A stretch of 64,000 nt of DNA, from contig JAAYYF010000147.1 in assembly GCA_012515535.1 (NCBI GenBank), forward strand, positions 782-64,781, in the 5' to 3' direction. The translations under genes and the position numbers were made by a program. This stretch comes from Deinococcales bacterium (GTDB lineage Bacteria; Deinococcota; Deinococci; Deinococcales; Trueperaceae). Below, piece by piece: positions 62,231 to 64,000 of this stretch; the stretch's first letter is position 1; the number at the start of each line of letters is the position of its first letter. A model generated the notes under the pieces. The model did no database searches, had not been told where the DNA came from, and was given only the letters and a program-made list of their open reading frames with translations.

Positions 62231-63796
62231 TCAGCGGTCGGCGCGCTGCGGCACCAGCACGATGGCGCTGACCACGCGCCGCTCGCCGCTGCGGTTCACG
62301 ACCTGCCCGTCCACCACCAGCGTGGTGCTGCTGCCGCTGTCGAGGCGCATGGCGCGGTCGGCGCCGAGCGCGATGAACAGCGGCACGAGCTCGGCGGCGC
62401 GCATGGTCTCGGCGACCAGCATGAGGGTGGTGCCGTCGCGCGTCACGCCCACGGCCGCCTGCTGCGTGAGGCCGTCCAGGATGCGCTGGCCGAGCGCGAA
62501 GCTCTCGACGGTCGGCTCGTAGGCCGGCAGCCCGTCCTTGACCAGCAGCGGCCCCGCCTCGACCGCGTAGCGCACGCGCTCGAAGTCGGGCGGCTCCACG
62601 CGCAGGTCGAGCGTCACCGTGTCGCCCTCGTCGAGGAGCGCCAGCGCCCGGTTCTGCGGCGGGTAGACCAGCGCGAAGCCCCCCTCCGGCACGCGCCGCG
62701 GGCCGATCTTGTTCTCCAGCACGCGGCCGCCGCGCACCAGCAGCACCCCCTGGGTGCCGTTGCCGGCGAACGCGCCCGGGGTGCGCACCACGTCGACGCT
62801 GCCGTCGGAGGTGGAGCCGACCTCGACTAGGCCCCCGCGGGTGCGCAGGCGCACGCTCACGTCGAGGCGGTCGATCAGCGGCGCCTGCCCGCTCGCGAAG
62901 CCGATGCTGGCGCGGTTGCGGCTCGGCAGCGACAGCAGGCCGTGGTCGACGAGCAGGTAGCCGATGGCGGCGAAGCTCGTGGTGTCGAAGTAGCCGGCGT
63001 TGAGGCCCACCAGCGCGCCGGAGGCGAGCTCGCGCACGGTGCGCGGCACCTGGCTCTCGCCCACCACCCGCAGCTCGCCGCTGCCGGGGGCGATCGACAC
63101 CAGGTGCACCACGCTGCCGCCCGAGGGGGTGGGCACGGTGAAGCGGCGGTAGCTGACGCCGGGCGCCAGCTGGCGCTCGGACTGCACCACCGGGGTGAGG
63201 TCGCGCTCGGGCATCAGGTCGAGCACCAGGCGCGTGGGGTCGGCCAGGGGGAAGACCTGGTAGCTCATGGCGGGGCCGGAGACGCGCACGCGCGTGCCGT
63301 TCGCGTCGCTGGAGAGGTCGAGGGCCACGCCGCCCACGTCCTCGGGGGTGAGCTCCGGCAGCAGCAGGGGCGGCAGGCGCAGCTCCAGGTCCTCGGCGGC
63401 ACCGACGCTGCCGCTGAGGCGCAAGGCCGCCAGCTGCGCCGCGTCGAGCCCGGGCAGGTCGAGGACCACCCGCACCTCGGCGGCCCCGCTGGTGCGCACC
63501 CCCTCCAGGCGCGGGGCGTCGACCCCCAGGGCGTCGAGCACCGAGGCGTTCACCAGCACCTCGCCGCCCCGCACCACCGGCGGGTCGGCGTCGATGCCCG
63601 AGAGCCAGCCCAGGCCCGAGACGTAGGTCTCGTGGAAGGCGCCGAAGCGCACCGTGACGGCGTCGTCGGTGACGGTGCTTGAGGCGCCCGGCAGGCGGTA
63701 GTAGAGCTCGGAGGCCGCCTGCGTGCGGGCGGCCGGCCCGGCCAGGAGCGCGGCCAGGGTCACGAGGAGGGCGGCGAGGCGGCGACGAGGCGGCAT
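62231..63796 (-). CDS. Secreted phosphodiester glycosidase (NAGPA/DUF2233-like) with AMIN-type domains
   Basis: Signal peptide MPPRRRLAALLVTLAALLAGPAARTQA. AMIN-like strands (EVRVVLDLPG, PTRLVLDL). C-terminal GLNAGYF...AVEAGPLLVKDG...LDSGSSTTLV resembles the phosphodiester glycosidase domain. Track start 63829 is a TTG. Confidence 0.7.
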   Translation of the reverse strand: MPPRRRLAALLVTLAALLAGPAARTQAASELYYRLPGASSTVTDDAVTVRFGAFHETYVSGLGWLSGIDADPPVVRGGEVLVNASVLDALGVDAPRLEGVRTSGAAEVRVVLDLPGLDAAQLAALRLSGSVGAAEDLELRLPPLLLPELTPEDVGGVALDLSSDANGTRVRVSGPAMSYQVFPLADPTRLVLDLMPERDLTPVVQSERQLAPGVSYRRFTVPTPSGGSVVHLVSIAPGSGELRVVGESQVPRTVRELASGALVGLNAGYFDTTSFAAIGYLLVDHGLLSLPSRNRASIGFASGQAPLIDRLDVSVRLRTRGGLVEVGSTSDGSVDVVRTPGAFAGNGTQGVLLVRGGRVLENKIGPRRVPEGGFALVYPPQNRALALLDEGDTVTLDLRVEPPDFERVRYAVEAGPLLVKDGLPAYEPTVESFALGQRILDGLTQQAAVGVTRDGTTLMLVAETMRAAELVPLFIALGADRAMRLDSGSSTTLVVDGQVVNRSGERRVVSAIVLVPQRADR

Positions 63797-63872
63797 GCTG
63801 GCGAGTCTTCCAGTCGGGGCGCTTAGCAACGTGAGACCTGGGGGCGGCCTTGCTGGTCCGAGGGCACGGCGC

Positions 63873-64000
63873 TCAGATGGCCTGGAACAGCGCCCGGATC
63901 GGCTCCAGGCCCACCGGCCCGCCCAGCACCTGGCTGAGGGCGTGCTCGAAGCGGTACGCCTCCACGTCGTGGCGGCCGAAGGTGAGCGAGCCGAGCTCCA
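63873..64000 (-). CDS. 3' end of an unidentified CDS (continues beyond the window)
   Basis: Open minus-strand frame with GC3-rich codons, ending ...ELGSLTFGRHDVEAYRFEHALSQVLGGPVGLEPIRALFQAI, stop at 63875..63873. No family recognised. Confidence 0.3.
   Translation of the reverse strand, partial: ELGSLTFGRHDVEAYRFEHALSQVLGGPVGLEPIRALFQAI

Overview
This is 64 kb of a very GC-rich bacterial chromosome (by eye about 70% G+C, third codon positions almost all G/C). It is almost fully coding. I call about 60 protein genes and 3 tRNAs (Trp-CCA, Met/Ile2-CAU, Leu-UAA). I see no rRNA, CRISPR array, transposase, integrase or phage genes. Most long ORFs in the six-frame track are GC artefacts lying antisense or out of frame to real genes.

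Main content, left to right:
- GNAT acetyltransferase, Crp/Fnr regulator and a lone LolD-type ABC ATPase.
- A family-5 substrate-binding protein (SBP) plus two permeases, joined to a GlcD-like oxidase, type-I mannose-6-P isomerase and YjjX NTPase.
- A small HTH/membrane-protein operon behind two palindromic operators.
- Minus-strand RNA/proteostasis string: spoVS-like, rsmB, MBL hydrolase, beta-CASP RNase, lon.
- ilvBNC-leuA, with a leader peptide plus terminator.
- RHH protein plus a Ser/Thr kinase with a PQQ-like propeller; murA.
- Minus-strand string TPR, SPOR, rapZ, membrane-anchored yvcK, glucodextranase-C-like membrane protein.
- Minus-strand string nfeD, floA, repeat protein, phoH, pgpH, ybeY, dgkA, cdd.
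- erpA, gcvT-H-PA-PB, mglA/mglB and a VOC-fold protein.
- A tRNA islet; glpK, an AdoMetDC-like protein and malEFG-like genes.
- dprA, cysS, yigZ.
- An unassigned four-gene envelope cluster at the right end.

The gene content (Thermus-type MglA/MglB, SpoVS homologue, TTHA0252-like beta-CASP RNase) and many -10 boxes sitting 5-8 nt before start codons suggest Deinococcota. That is inference only. Same-strand genes are frequently joined by ATGA/GTGA stop-start overlaps.

Most interesting observations:
- Two well-supported ATC start codons (spoVS-like, phoH) and a weaker third.
- A leaderless ilv-leu leader-peptide attenuator.
- The rapZ-yvcK string, with a membrane protein where whiA normally sits.
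- The uncharacterised envelope module at 58.5-63.8 kb.
- The dual-operator mini-operon at 8.9-9.9 kb.

I found no defence system or mobile island. No database search or RNA folding was possible, so all family calls come from motifs read by eye.
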